NCBI GenBank assembly: GCA_037308085.1
Contig: CP147779.1
Span: 704,001 to 768,000 of the forward strand
Source of the DNA: Promethearchaeati archaeon SRVP18_Atabeyarchaeia-1
Lineage (GTDB): Archaea > Asgardarchaeota > Atabeyarchaeia > Atabeyarchaeales > Atabeyarchaeaceae
Direction: 5' to 3'
DNA length: 64,000 bases
The position numbers and the translations under genes were made by a program. The notes beneath the pieces are model-generated. The model was not told where the DNA came from. It was given only the letters and a program-made list of their open reading frames with translations, and ran no database searches. Every line of letters starts with the position of its first letter. Positions within the stretch are counted from its first letter, which is position 1. This document shows, in pieces, positions 28,193 through 37,320 of the stretch.

Positions 28193-29095
28193 TTGTCAGA
28201 GACCACACACGAGAACATCGGTCAAGAGTTAGCCAATTTGCGCAGGCAGCTAAGCGAACTTAGGAATCAGGTCGAAAAACACTACAACGAGGCGCTTGAC
28301 TGGAAGGCCAAGAGGGATGAGTTCAATAAGTCGATGGGTCAGCTAGTTGCCAAGCTGAAAGAAGAGCGGGAGTTGCGCAGACTTGCCAATGAGAAAGTGG
28401 CGGAGCTCAAGGGCTTTACGCTGGGGTTCAATAAAGAACTTGAGGAGAGAGAGGCACTAATAGATGAGCTTGAGGCAAAGAAGAAGGAGTCACTCGTTTC
28501 CGTCAAGGACGATCCGGAGTATGTGAGGGAGAGAATAAGGCGACTCGAGTGGTATTTGCAGACGAATGTCCTACCGTTGGACAGGGAGAACGTGGTTGTA
28601 AAGGAGATCACCTCACTTGAGAAAAAGCTGCAGGGTGCCAAGGTGGTCGATGTGATAGAGACTCAACTCTCGCAGGTTGTCGGTCAGGCGCGAAGCATTG
28701 GCAACAAGGCTAATGAATATAGAAATCAGATGCTTGAGCACGTTAGGAATTCTCAAAGCCACCATGCGGCGATCATTGAACTGGGGAAGAAAGCCACAGA
28801 TATGAAGAAGGAGGCCGATTCTGCTCATCAGAGATACATTGAGCTGTTTGGTCTTGCAAGTCAGTCATTGTCGGACTCGAGGAAGATCCAAGACAGAATA
28901 GGGGAGCTGAGTGACAAGATGAGGCTTGAGCAAGAAGGCAAGAAGACTTACAGGACTGATGATCGGCGGGAGAAAATAGAGAAAGTGGCGGCGCAAGCAT
29001 TCGAAAAAGTCAAGAAAGGTGACAGAATAACGATGGATGAACTGTCAGTTCTCGTCGAGAAGGGCTACTTCAACGAGAGCGAGAGACCGCCCTAG
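28193..29095 (+). CDS. Archaeal coiled-coil protein (COG1340-like)
   Basis: Heptad pattern; KRDEFN, LEWYLQTNVL, ADSAHQ, KKGDRITMDEL. Confidence 0.8.
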   Translation: MSETTHENIGQELANLRRQLSELRNQVEKHYNEALDWKAKRDEFNKSMGQLVAKLKEERELRRLANEKVAELKGFTLGFNKELEEREALIDELEAKKKESLVSVKDDPEYVRERIRRLEWYLQTNVLPLDRENVVVKEITSLEKKLQGAKVVDVIETQLSQVVGQARSIGNKANEYRNQMLEHVRNSQSHHAAIIELGKKATDMKKEADSAHQRYIELFGLASQSLSDSRKIQDRIGELSDKMRLEQEGKKTYRTDDRREKIEKVAAQAFEKVKKGDRITMDELSVLVEKGYFNESERPP

Positions 29096-29108
29096 AGATA
29101 ATGGGATT

Positions 29109-29561
29109 CTATGTTTCCGCTTCTGGTTTCGTGAGATCTAGCATTATAACGATGTCAGCAGTATTTTCTAGTGCCTCGTTTGATTTGGTCGGCGTACGTA
29201 GCAAGATGGTTTCCTTGCCGAATTCCTTGGCTTTTGTTAGGGCTGGCAAGATATTCGGGTCCGTCGTTAGGAGGACCACTGCGCTTAGTTTTGGATTGAA
29301 AGCCATGTCCGCTGCTTCGACGGCGACATAAACGTCGATTTCGCCTGGAACGACTATCGGACTGTAGCCTTGTTGCGTAATCTGTTTCACGGTTTCTTCA
29401 CGGGAGTTTTGCTGGTTGATTACTACCTTGGCTACCTTTGTGACTCCAAGGTCTTCAATAAGATCCTTAACTTTGCTTACCAGATTGTATTGCTCCCTAG
29501 GATCGATGCTCGATCCATCGATGAGCACTCCTATTCTCTTCCCTTTTCTTCTAAGTCTCAA
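29109..29561 (-). CDS. NYN domain protein (TIGR00288-like), possibly catalytically degenerate
   Basis: VLIDG, IDVYVAVEA, KAKEFGKET, ALENTAD. Confidence 0.8.
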   Translation of the reverse strand: MRLRRKGKRIGVLIDGSSIDPREQYNLVSKVKDLIEDLGVTKVAKVVINQQNSREETVKQITQQGYSPIVVPGEIDVYVAVEAADMAFNPKLSAVVLLTTDPNILPALTKAKEFGKETILLRTPTKSNEALENTADIVIMLDLTKPEAET

Positions 29562-29623
29562 GATTCTAGCGAGCTTGCCAATTCTACTAATATTGCCTCT
29601 ACCTCTTCCACCTTTCTATTCGT

Positions 29624-30388
29624 CTAACGACCGAAACGTCTTTCCCTTTGCTGATAAGATCTTATCGCCCTCAGCAGATCTATCTTCCTAAACGCGGGCC
29701 AGAACACGTCACAGAAATAAAGCTCGGAGTAGGCCGCTTGCCATAGTAAGAATCCCGATAGCCTCTCCTCTCCTGAGGTGCGGATTATTAGGTCTGGGTC
29801 TGGCATGCCTGCCGTGTAAAGATGCCTATCCACGACTTCTTCGTTTATCTGCATAGGAGCCAGTTCCCCACCAGAGATCTCTGTCGCAATATCCCTAAAA
29901 GCGTCAACTAGTTCCGTTCTTCCCCCATAACTTATGGCGATATTCAGGAAGTGTTCATCGTATTTCTCCGTCGCTTTCTCCAGTTTTCGAAGCGTGTCTC
30001 GTATGCTTTTCGGAAGCAGGGAAAGGCGCCCAATGGCTTTCACTCTTACCTTATACTTGTGAATGAGGGGATCTTCGATTATTTCCATGTATCTTTCCTT
30101 GATTATTGAAAAGATCTCTTTTACCTCGCGAGGCGGTCTCGTGAAGTTCTCTGTCGAGAAGGCATACATTGTCACGATCTTTATTCCTGCGGCAAAACAC
30201 CAAAGCAAGAAGTCCTTCACTTTGTCAGCTCCAAGGCGATGGCCCATCCAAGGCACGAGACCTTGGCTTCGGGCGAACCTCCTGTTTCCATCTAGAATGA
30301 TTCCCACGTGCTTGGGCCCATTGCTGGAGCTAACCTGCCTCCAGAGGAACCATTCGTAGAATCTATAGAGCGGTTCTAAAACTCTCAA
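29624..30388 (-). CDS. uppS: cis-prenyltransferase (polyprenyl diphosphate synthase)
   Basis: HVGIILDGNRRFA, YAFSTENF.R, YGGR.E, DPDLIIRTSGEERLSGFLLWQ, RRFG. Confidence 0.96.
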   Translation of the reverse strand: MRVLEPLYRFYEWFLWRQVSSSNGPKHVGIILDGNRRFARSQGLVPWMGHRLGADKVKDFLLWCFAAGIKIVTMYAFSTENFTRPPREVKEIFSIIKERYMEIIEDPLIHKYKVRVKAIGRLSLLPKSIRDTLRKLEKATEKYDEHFLNIAISYGGRTELVDAFRDIATEISGGELAPMQINEEVVDRHLYTAGMPDPDLIIRTSGEERLSGFLLWQAAYSELYFCDVFWPAFRKIDLLRAIRSYQQRERRFGR

Positions 30389-30604
30389 TTCGACTTCTTC
30401 CTTTAGTCATTTTTCACGAGCCCCACAAAGCAGGCGCGCAATAAGGCCTTCCGGGTCAAACTACTTTGTTCATCGAGCTCTTTAGCATTTCTCAATGGGG
30501 AAAGCAGTCAAGCCACTATACTCTCGCTAAAACAATCGGAACCTTAAGAATTACGCTTAACCCTAGGCACGCTCAAAAACCTCAGACTGAGATCCCCACT
30601 TTCA

Positions 30605-30985
30605 TCAGATCAGTTCAGCAACCCGGTCGGCCGCCCTCTTCATATCGAGAAATACGAGCCCGAGCTTGACATCCTTTCTAGCAGAAACCGTTAGTACCGC
30701 ATTAGCCCCTGCCCCCATGGCTATTATATAGCCTTCCTTCCCCTTCACAAAGATTTGCTCTATTTCTCCCTTTCCTAGTTCGGTCGAAGCACGTTCCCCT
30801 AGAGACAACATGGCCGCCGTCATGGCTGCAATCTTCGTCTCATCAACATCTGCTGGAAGAGCCGAAGCTATCGGGAGTCCTTCTATGCTCACTATTATTG
30901 CCGCCTCGATCTCAGAAACCGAGGCTTCAAGATCCTTGAGAACCTGTTCGAGCGTTCCAGCCTTTGCGCCAGAAGCTGATTCCAA
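30605..30985 (-). CDS. Roadblock/LC7 domain protein
   Basis: IEAAIIVSIEGLPIASAL, AAMTAAMLSLGER, KLGLVFLDM. Confidence 0.92.
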   Translation of the reverse strand: MESASGAKAGTLEQVLKDLEASVSEIEAAIIVSIEGLPIASALPADVDETKIAAMTAAMLSLGERASTELGKGEIEQIFVKGKEGYIIAMGAGANAVLTVSARKDVKLGLVFLDMKRAADRVAELI

Positions 30986-31076
30986 GTTGCTAGTCTACCC
31001 CCGCCGTGTTTCTAAAGGTGCTCGAAGCTACTACATGAACAAGCAGATGCATTTGTGGTATGACCTATAGCTCGTT

Positions 31077-31655
31077 CTAGACTGTTGGTAGCGATCCCTT
31101 ATAAAGTCTCTTAAGAAGTACCTCCCGCGCGATTGCTTGAAAGGCTCTGCGAACGCCAACTCCCTTCGTGGCTATCGTCTCAAATATCGGCACGTCCTTC
31201 AATCCCAAAGATTCGATTAGGACCTTTCTTTCTGCCGCACCAGGCTCGTCTCTCTTGTTGAGCATGATGACCAATGGGATGCTGTTGTTCAAGTTGTCAC
31301 CAAGCATCTGCTTCAGCTCACTGAAGCTTTCCGTGTTCTCGTTTAGCATTGAGGTTAGTGAATCTGCAACAAATATGATTCCATCGGTTCCCTGGATCAC
31401 AATTCTTCTCTGATGTCGGTGTCTCCTTTGACCCGCCACAGTGAAGACATCGAATATGACCTTGCCACTTGCGGAGAGTGGAGTGTAGTCAAAGTAGAGG
31501 GTTCTCCCAGTAGGGTCCTCCACGGAGGTGAATCCTCCCTTGGCGAGCCCCTCAATATTGTCATAGATCCATCTCAGAGCGGTGGTTTTCCCTGAAAGCG
31601 TTGGGCCCCAGAAAACTATTTTGAAGTGCATTCTTCCTTCAGAGTCTTTGTTCAC
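31077..31655 (-). CDS. MglA-type small GTPase
   Basis: KIVFWGPTLSGKTT, GRTLYFDY, FTVAGQ, DGIIFVADS, NKRD, ETIA. Confidence 0.9.
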   Translation of the reverse strand: MNKDSEGRMHFKIVFWGPTLSGKTTALRWIYDNIEGLAKGGFTSVEDPTGRTLYFDYTPLSASGKVIFDVFTVAGQRRHRHQRRIVIQGTDGIIFVADSLTSMLNENTESFSELKQMLGDNLNNSIPLVIMLNKRDEPGAAERKVLIESLGLKDVPIFETIATKGVGVRRAFQAIAREVLLKRLYKGSLPTV

Positions 31656-31681
31656 GGGAGATCAACCTTCTCCATAGAAGC

Positions 31682-32149
31682 TTATGGAACTTTTTCGAGT
31701 TCACTGAGAGCCGCTTTGAGCTCCTCTTCTTCGGATTTCCTTGCTGTGGGAGCCGCTGTCCGCGATTCTAGGAATTCGTCAAGAACTTTCTGGAGTTCAT
31801 CCGTAGATTTCTTCAATACCAGCCTAATCATTCCTATGTTTATTTCGCCATCCGTAATGACGCACAAGACGCCCTTCCCGCAACTGGCAGCAAAGATCTT
31901 ACCGCTGTCAAATTCGGAAGTGACTATTCTTAGATCTCCAATTTCTAGGCTCTTCCCCTGTTCCTCACTTGCACAAAAGACGGCACTAGCTATGGCTCCG
32001 ATTCCATCCATATCAACGGGCTGGTATGAGTACTTGGATACGTGGGCGATGGTTAGTCCAGTCTTGTCGACTAAGATTACTTTCTTGATGCCGGCCTCGC
32101 TTTTCATTACGTTGGTCAATACCCTATCGAATGCTTTTACATCCGACAT
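31682..32149 (-). CDS. MglB-like roadblock protein with C-terminal acidic helix
   Basis: VILVDKTGLTIA, GAIASAVFCAS, NIGMIRL, tail SEEEELKAALSEL. Confidence 0.88.
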   Translation of the reverse strand: MSDVKAFDRVLTNVMKSEAGIKKVILVDKTGLTIAHVSKYSYQPVDMDGIGAIASAVFCASEEQGKSLEIGDLRIVTSEFDSGKIFAASCGKGVLCVITDGEINIGMIRLVLKKSTDELQKVLDEFLESRTAAPTARKSEEEELKAALSELEKVP

Positions 32150-32298
32150 TTATACCCCTCCAGAGTCGATTGATCTATCTCTTCTTGTTAGTTTGGAGTC
32201 TTTGTGAAGGGTTTGCCCTTAAATGATACTAACGAAGTTGGTCGTATTCCCGGGCATGAGTCTGTATACCATCAGCCTGTGTCAGTTTCTCTATCAGG

Positions 32299-32595
32299 CT
32301 ATTTCACCTTTTCGCGAAGGACGATGAGGACAGCTTCGTCTTCAGGGGCAACCAGAACCTCCTTGTTCTCCACATCGATAGTCAGAAACCTAAGCGGACC
32401 TTCTCCAATCTCCTTCACTACGGATTTGGCCTTACCGACAAGTGAGGTTATCAGGGCAGCTATCTTCTCGGTTTTATCGCGATCCATCGTTGAGCTGATA
32501 GGGAGCCCTTCCTTGCTTGTCACGATGACGCCTTTTACCCCTTCGTGCTTCGTAAGTGATTCAAGGGTCGTGTGGAACACTTTATCGTTGATCAT
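32299..32595 (-). CDS. Roadblock protein resembling eukaryotic dynein light chain roadblock (DYNLRB)
   Basis: [29 protein letters not shown]...KAKSVVKEI...LRFLTI...[15 protein letters not shown]. Confidence 0.9.
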   Translation of the reverse strand: MINDKVFHTTLESLTKHEGVKGVIVTSKEGLPISSTMDRDKTEKIAALITSLVGKAKSVVKEIGEGPLRFLTIDVENKEVLVAPEDEAVLIVLREKVK

Positions 32596-32742
32596 TTCTC
32601 TTCATCTTCTTGAACTGTGATTTTCGCAACAGACTCTTTACTTCCAGATATAATTGACTTGATTATTATTAAAACGTATTGCATCGATTCAACATAACAG
32701 TCAGAAACAACAATAAAAGGCTTGAAGATCACAATTGTGTTT

Positions 32743-32815
32743 CAGGACGGCTCGCCCCCCTTAGGCGTGGGAGAAGCTGTGGTGGCTAATGGCGGGGTAG
32801 CTTCCTGCATATTTT
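32743..32815 (+). mobile_element. Degenerate IS200/IS605-like end hairpin(s)
   Basis: CAGGA..GCTCGCC..TTAGGCGTGGGAG and GAAGCT...GGCGGGGTAGCTTC resemble archaeal IS605 subterminal hairpins. Confidence 0.35.
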
Positions 32816-32901
32816 GCGGACAAATGAGCCAACGATTGGCGGGGCTGAGTTTACAGGAATGATCTCCTATGGGAGTGAACGGTTAGACGGAGGCAAGAGT
32901 C

Positions 32902-33378
32902 GTGGACGATGGGAGAAGTAGCTTCGACAAGATGTTAAGGCACATATGGAAGCATGATGTCAACAAGCTGAATGATCACCTTCCGGTCAAGACTGTTACC
33001 CTAGACGAGTTGCTGAAGCTGAAGGAACAGTTCCTGAAGACAAGAGACGGAAGCAATTTCTGGATTGACAGGAATGAGCTGACACGTGTCGCTACCCTAG
33101 TCCCCCTCGGGCTACATGGCAAATTGCATCTTCCAATCCTACTGATTCGAAGGATTGACTTGGGTGAGGGCATATTCAGCATAGGCGGCGGCAAGTTGGA
33201 AGCTTTCTTTGCAGCGACAATATTGGGGATGACACAGGAGTCCTTTGACCGCTATGAGGGCGCTGATATACAGCCGTACATTTATCGCCCTCAGGTTCAA
33301 GAGCTGAGAAGGAAGCTCAGAAGCCTATCCGTAATAGGTTTCGGTGGAGTCAATCAGGAAGATCTAGCGGAATTGTAG
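32902..33378 (+). CDS. DUF61/UPF0216 family protein
   Basis: LNDHLP, TRDGS..WID..EL, LPILL, YIYRPQVQELRRKL. Confidence 0.85.
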   Translation: MDDGRSSFDKMLRHIWKHDVNKLNDHLPVKTVTLDELLKLKEQFLKTRDGSNFWIDRNELTRVATLVPLGLHGKLHLPILLIRRIDLGEGIFSIGGGKLEAFFAATILGMTQESFDRYEGADIQPYIYRPQVQELRRKLRSLSVIGFGGVNQEDLAEL

Positions 33379-33427
33379 ATTCTATAGGTGGGCAAGCAAT
33401 CAAGCATCTCATGTCCCTGGTTTAATC

Positions 33428-33806
33428 TCTTCCGCCGGCTTGCCCGCGGGCTTTCCGTTTCGTTTCCCCTAATATACCCGCCACTTGGTCGGTGGCCCTG
33501 GAAAGCCTGGTTACGGAAGTTGCGACTCCCGGTCTTCGCGCGCCACGCTTTTCCTACCTGCTCACCTCGCGAAGCGCGGTGTGTTACGCTGCCCGCATCG
33601 GTGCTCCGGAGCTACCGTCCGCCTTGGGAAACGAGGCTCAGGTTTTGCATTGGGCGCGCCACCCCGTGGCCTCGCCCAAAGATCCAAAGAATTATGCGTG
33701 GGAAAAGTATCTAAACATGCCATCTGGGCACTGGAGTCACCACAGTTCCTCCCACCCCTAGAGGGCACAGTCTTCCCTCCGACAGAATTGTGATGAAACT
33801 AGCCGG
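33428..33806. ncRNA. Unidentified highly structured non-coding element
   Basis: GC-rich intergenic stretch with about 9 stems and terminal complementarity CCGGCT/AGCCGG; no credible ORF. Confidence 0.5.
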
Positions 33807-33917
33807 ATTCCTATGTTATAGGCAAATTACTTAAATCTGCATGCCCTTTAGAGTACTTCACGAGCAGACTTGCGGTCTCAAGTCTATTTTCAAAGAAAAC
33901 CAAGCAGTGATATTAAG

Positions 33918-34901
33918 ATGGGAATATCTCTCGAGACACCTGATCCAGCTATCCGCGTTGCGGATTTGCTTAGGCAGGCTAGGTTTCAGGTCTCTGATAT
34001 TCATGGCTCGAGGTCTGCCTGCTTCGATATAGTGGCAAGAAAAAGCAATGTTGTCCTACTGCTAAAAGTACTTTCCAATATCGATAGTATGCAGGAAAAG
34101 CATGCCTTTCAGCTTAAACTTCTAAGCTATATTCTATCTGCATCTATGGTTCTCGTTGGAGAACGTACCCGCAAAGGAAAGGTCGAAGATGACGCCTTGT
34201 ATGAAAGACATGGGATTCCTGCTGTGAGCTACAATACACTGAGAGCGGCATTGTTGCGCAATATCTTCCCGGTGGTCTATGCTACGAGAGGAGGGTTCTA
34301 CGTTCACCTGGACGGTGACAGGATAAGAAAGGAGAGAGAAAAGTGGTCATTTTCGCTTGGAGCCTTGGCCGAATCTCTCGGCGTCTCAAGGCGCTCAATA
34401 TATGAGTACGAGCGGAACGGGATGGACAGCACGTTGGAGACAGCCCTAAGACTTGAAGAGCTGTTCAGCACGTCCATGACAATTCCGTTTGACATTCTAT
34501 CGTGCAATGCCGAAGGTGGGTCTCAAGTGGACGGCAGCATTGGCGGTCCTCTGGAAGATGAGCTTGAGGAGAATGTTAGCCGGGTTCTTTCCGACTTGGG
34601 ACTGAAGGTGGTCTGGTCTAGGGGTACGCCTTTCGATGCTATAACGTATACTCAACAAAAGAACAACGTCGTTGTCACAGGCGTAGGATATGTCTCCGAA
34701 AGAAGGGTTCAGAACAGAATACAGGCCGTTGGAAGTTTCTCAAGCGTCGTACGGTCACTCGCTATGTTCATACTTGATCGTCCGCGGTCAAGTCTTGTTG
34801 AGGGTGTTCCAGTTGTGAGCACGGACGAATTGGAATCCATGGACGATGCCTCGGAACTACTTAAGACAATTAGTATCCGGACGCGGCGGATTGTGCAGTA
34901 A
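33918..34901 (+). CDS. Archaeal XRE-HTH transcriptional regulator (COG1395-like)
   Basis: FDIVARK, LLKVLSNIDS, VYATRGGFYV, SLGALAESLGVSRRSIYEYE. Confidence 0.88.
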   Translation: MGISLETPDPAIRVADLLRQARFQVSDIHGSRSACFDIVARKSNVVLLLKVLSNIDSMQEKHAFQLKLLSYILSASMVLVGERTRKGKVEDDALYERHGIPAVSYNTLRAALLRNIFPVVYATRGGFYVHLDGDRIRKEREKWSFSLGALAESLGVSRRSIYEYERNGMDSTLETALRLEELFSTSMTIPFDILSCNAEGGSQVDGSIGGPLEDELEENVSRVLSDLGLKVVWSRGTPFDAITYTQQKNNVVVTGVGYVSERRVQNRIQAVGSFSSVVRSLAMFILDRPRSSLVEGVPVVSTDELESMDDASELLKTISIRTRRIVQ

Positions 34902-34942
34902 CAGATTCCCAAACGCAAAAACGAGGAAGCTGTTTCTCTAGG

Positions 34943-36154
34943 ATGTCTAGCCAAATTATCTCTGCAGTAGAAGGGGCTCTTGGCTGCCCTATTAGGAAAT
35001 ACGAAGAGGGTCGGATAAGTTTCTTTGCTCCTACACTCAAAGAAATAGTCTCAGCTTCCGACGTAGTCTTCTACAATCCTCGGATGGAGTTTCAGCGCGA
35101 TGTCTCGGTCTGTATTCTCAGGACATATCAGAAGATAACGGGCAGTAAGATGGATCTTTGTGAACCCCTCACAAGCTCTGGTGTCAGGGCAATTAGATGG
35201 GCTTGTGAGGTACCAGAAACTAGGAGCATAGTGGCTGGCGACATCAACCCCAAGGCAGCTTTACTCGCAAATGCCAATGCCAGCTTCAACAACGTTCTGG
35301 GAAAGATGGAAGTTTTCAGAGCTGATGCGAACCTAATGTTGGATACCTTCTCATTGAACGGACGACGTTTTGATGTGGTTGACGTAGATCCTTTTGGTTC
35401 TCCGGTTCGCTTCATCGATTCTGCCTTGAGAGTACTAAAAAGCAAAGGTGCATTGCTGTGCCTTACTGCAACAGATATGCAACCGCTTTGTGGAGTTCAT
35501 CAAGATGCGTGCCTCCGGAAGTATGGGGGGGTATCCCTCCGAACGGAATACTGCCACGAGATCGCGGTCAGGCTTCTGATAGGCGCGACGGTGCGGGTTG
35601 CGGTGGGGCATGACTTTGGGGTTGGGGTGGTCTTCTCTCACAGTTCTGATCATTACATACGGGCATATCTTCGGATGCGACGGAATGCTGTTGACGCTGA
35701 TACTAGTGTAAGAAAGATGGGTTTCATACTCCATTGCTTCAACTGTGGCAATAGAAGAGTCGTGCCGGCTCTTGCGGTCTGCGAGGGAGAATTAAAATGT
35801 GGGTTATGTGGCTCACAAATGAGAGTAGCAGGACCACTATGGTGCGGAGAGCTCTGGGAAAGAGGATTCGTCGATGTTGCGATGAGTGTGGCCGAGGGAG
35901 GGGCGGATGTGAAGAATAGAAGACTTATGAAGATGCTGAGCCTGATTGCATCAGAAGATGGCGGACCCCCAACCTACTACGACATACACAGTATCTCGGA
36001 TTCAGAGGGTACTAGTTCGCCCCCCACCTCAAGAATCATTGAGGAGCTTCGAAGCAGCGGGTATTTCGCTTCGGCGACACATTTCAGAGGAACCTGTGTG
36101 CGGACAGATGCAGATATAACAACGATTAAATCGCTTGTCAAGCAGTCGACCTAG
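34943..36154 (+). CDS. trm1: tRNA (guanine(26)-N2)-dimethyltransferase
   Basis: VFYNPRM..QRD, SGVRAIR, DVDPFGSP, TATD, CFNC...CGLC, GPLW.G. Confidence 0.95.
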   Translation: MSSQIISAVEGALGCPIRKYEEGRISFFAPTLKEIVSASDVVFYNPRMEFQRDVSVCILRTYQKITGSKMDLCEPLTSSGVRAIRWACEVPETRSIVAGDINPKAALLANANASFNNVLGKMEVFRADANLMLDTFSLNGRRFDVVDVDPFGSPVRFIDSALRVLKSKGALLCLTATDMQPLCGVHQDACLRKYGGVSLRTEYCHEIAVRLLIGATVRVAVGHDFGVGVVFSHSSDHYIRAYLRMRRNAVDADTSVRKMGFILHCFNCGNRRVVPALAVCEGELKCGLCGSQMRVAGPLWCGELWERGFVDVAMSVAEGGADVKNRRLMKMLSLIASEDGGPPTYYDIHSISDSEGTSSPPTSRIIEELRSSGYFASATHFRGTCVRTDADITTIKSLVKQST

Positions 36155-36693
36155 GAAACTTGGGCTTGTCCGCCGCTCTCCCCGAGGTCGGTCGCTGGCT
36201 CTAAGAACGCCTTAAGCCAACCAGAGAGAAATGAACATGAACTTGGCGACACGACATTGCCAAGTCCACATCTTCCTGCGTCGTTGCAGAAGAAGCACGG
36301 GCAGTCCAGATCTCCCCAAGAGACCATGGCTGGCTTGATGCTGGGCGAGGTAAGCCTATAGGTCCATTTTCCGCCATAGAGTTCGCGCGATTTTCGGACC
36401 AGGCCCTGCTCTTCAAGCTTGGAGATCAGTTTTATCCCTTTGCGGTTGTCTACGCCGAGTTTCTTGAGCAAGTGAATTTGTAGAACGCCTCTGTCCCCTG
36501 CCTTCCTGATGGACTCTGCGGTTGCGAGTTCAATTTTCGAGCTCTCGCTCTCATTAGAAGTCGCGGGTATGTTTCGCGGCTTCCTAGTGGTTGTTCGTTG
36601 CACCTTCTGATGCGTTCTGCTTGGTTGCCTCGTTCTGTCGGTCTCCTTAGAATATGCGCCTGTTGGAGACTTGGCGTGGGAATTTGTTTTCAT
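36151..36693 (-). CDS. TFE-beta / RPC34-like wHTH protein with C-terminal Fe-S Cys cluster
   Basis: GVLQ..L.KKLGVD...KLEEQGLV...G.WTYRL; CPCFFC.....C......SP..C..L..WL. Confidence 0.8.
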   Translation of the reverse strand: MKTNSHAKSPTGAYSKETDRTRQPSRTHQKVQRTTTRKPRNIPATSNESESSKIELATAESIRKAGDRGVLQIHLLKKLGVDNRKGIKLISKLEEQGLVRKSRELYGGKWTYRLTSPSIKPAMVSWGDLDCPCFFCNDAGRCGLGNVVSPSSCSFLSGWLKAFLEPATDLGESGGQAQVS

Positions 36694-37017
36694 AAGAAGA
36701 ATCCACTAGCAAAATCAATCTTGAAAGAGGAGTAGATAGGATAATGAAGTGTACTGTTGGCGATAAATAAGTTGTGATGATTCCCTTGGGCGGACGACGT
36801 CGCACGGCGCCTGCCTAAATGGGCGGATTTTGTAGTTGATGGGTGGTCTAGGCTGGAAATGTGTCCGCTGGGCCTGTGGGGGATGGATTTAAACCTGTTG
36901 ATTTCAAATGCCGTGGTTTGATACATCTCGGAGTGTGCTTTCCAGTTCTGGAAACCATAAACTTAATAAAGTTTTTGCGTAACTTTGAAGTTTGGTTCCA
37001 CGTTCGGTGGTGACTTC

Positions 37018-37314
37018 TTGAATAGACTTGGTAAACTTCTTCATATTTCTGCCAGTAGGAACCTGATTCTTCGTGCCGAAGCCACCCCATCTCTTGGAGT
37101 TCTTGTCTTGACAGGTGATGCAAAGGAAATCGGACGCGTCAGCGATGTTTTTGGTCCTAAGAACGCGCCGTACATATCGGTAAGGTCTTATTTTGAAACC
37201 TCGTATTTGCAGACTCTCATTGGGAGAGTCCTCTTCTATGAAGAGGGGAGAGGGGCAAGGGGAAGACGCACAGACATTGAATCAACACCTTTCAGGGGAA
37301 AGCGAGGAGGTTAG
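37018..37314 (+). CDS. gar1: H/ACA RNP protein Gar1
   Basis: RLGKLLH, IGRVSDVFGP..APYISV, RG-rich tail; SD GGTGGTGA; upstream of tfb. Confidence 0.88.
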   Translation: MNRLGKLLHISASRNLILRAEATPSLGVLVLTGDAKEIGRVSDVFGPKNAPYISVRSYFETSYLQTLIGRVLFYEEGRGARGRRTDIESTPFRGKRGG

Positions 37315-37320
37315 TCTTGT

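Noticed and set aside
33388-33793. Four short ORFs in the structured region, and RNase P / SRP / riboswitch / group II intron assignments
   Set aside because: The peptides are not protein-like. Diagnostic motifs (P4 pairing, helix 8, intron domain V, GEMM GAAA loop) could not be completed.
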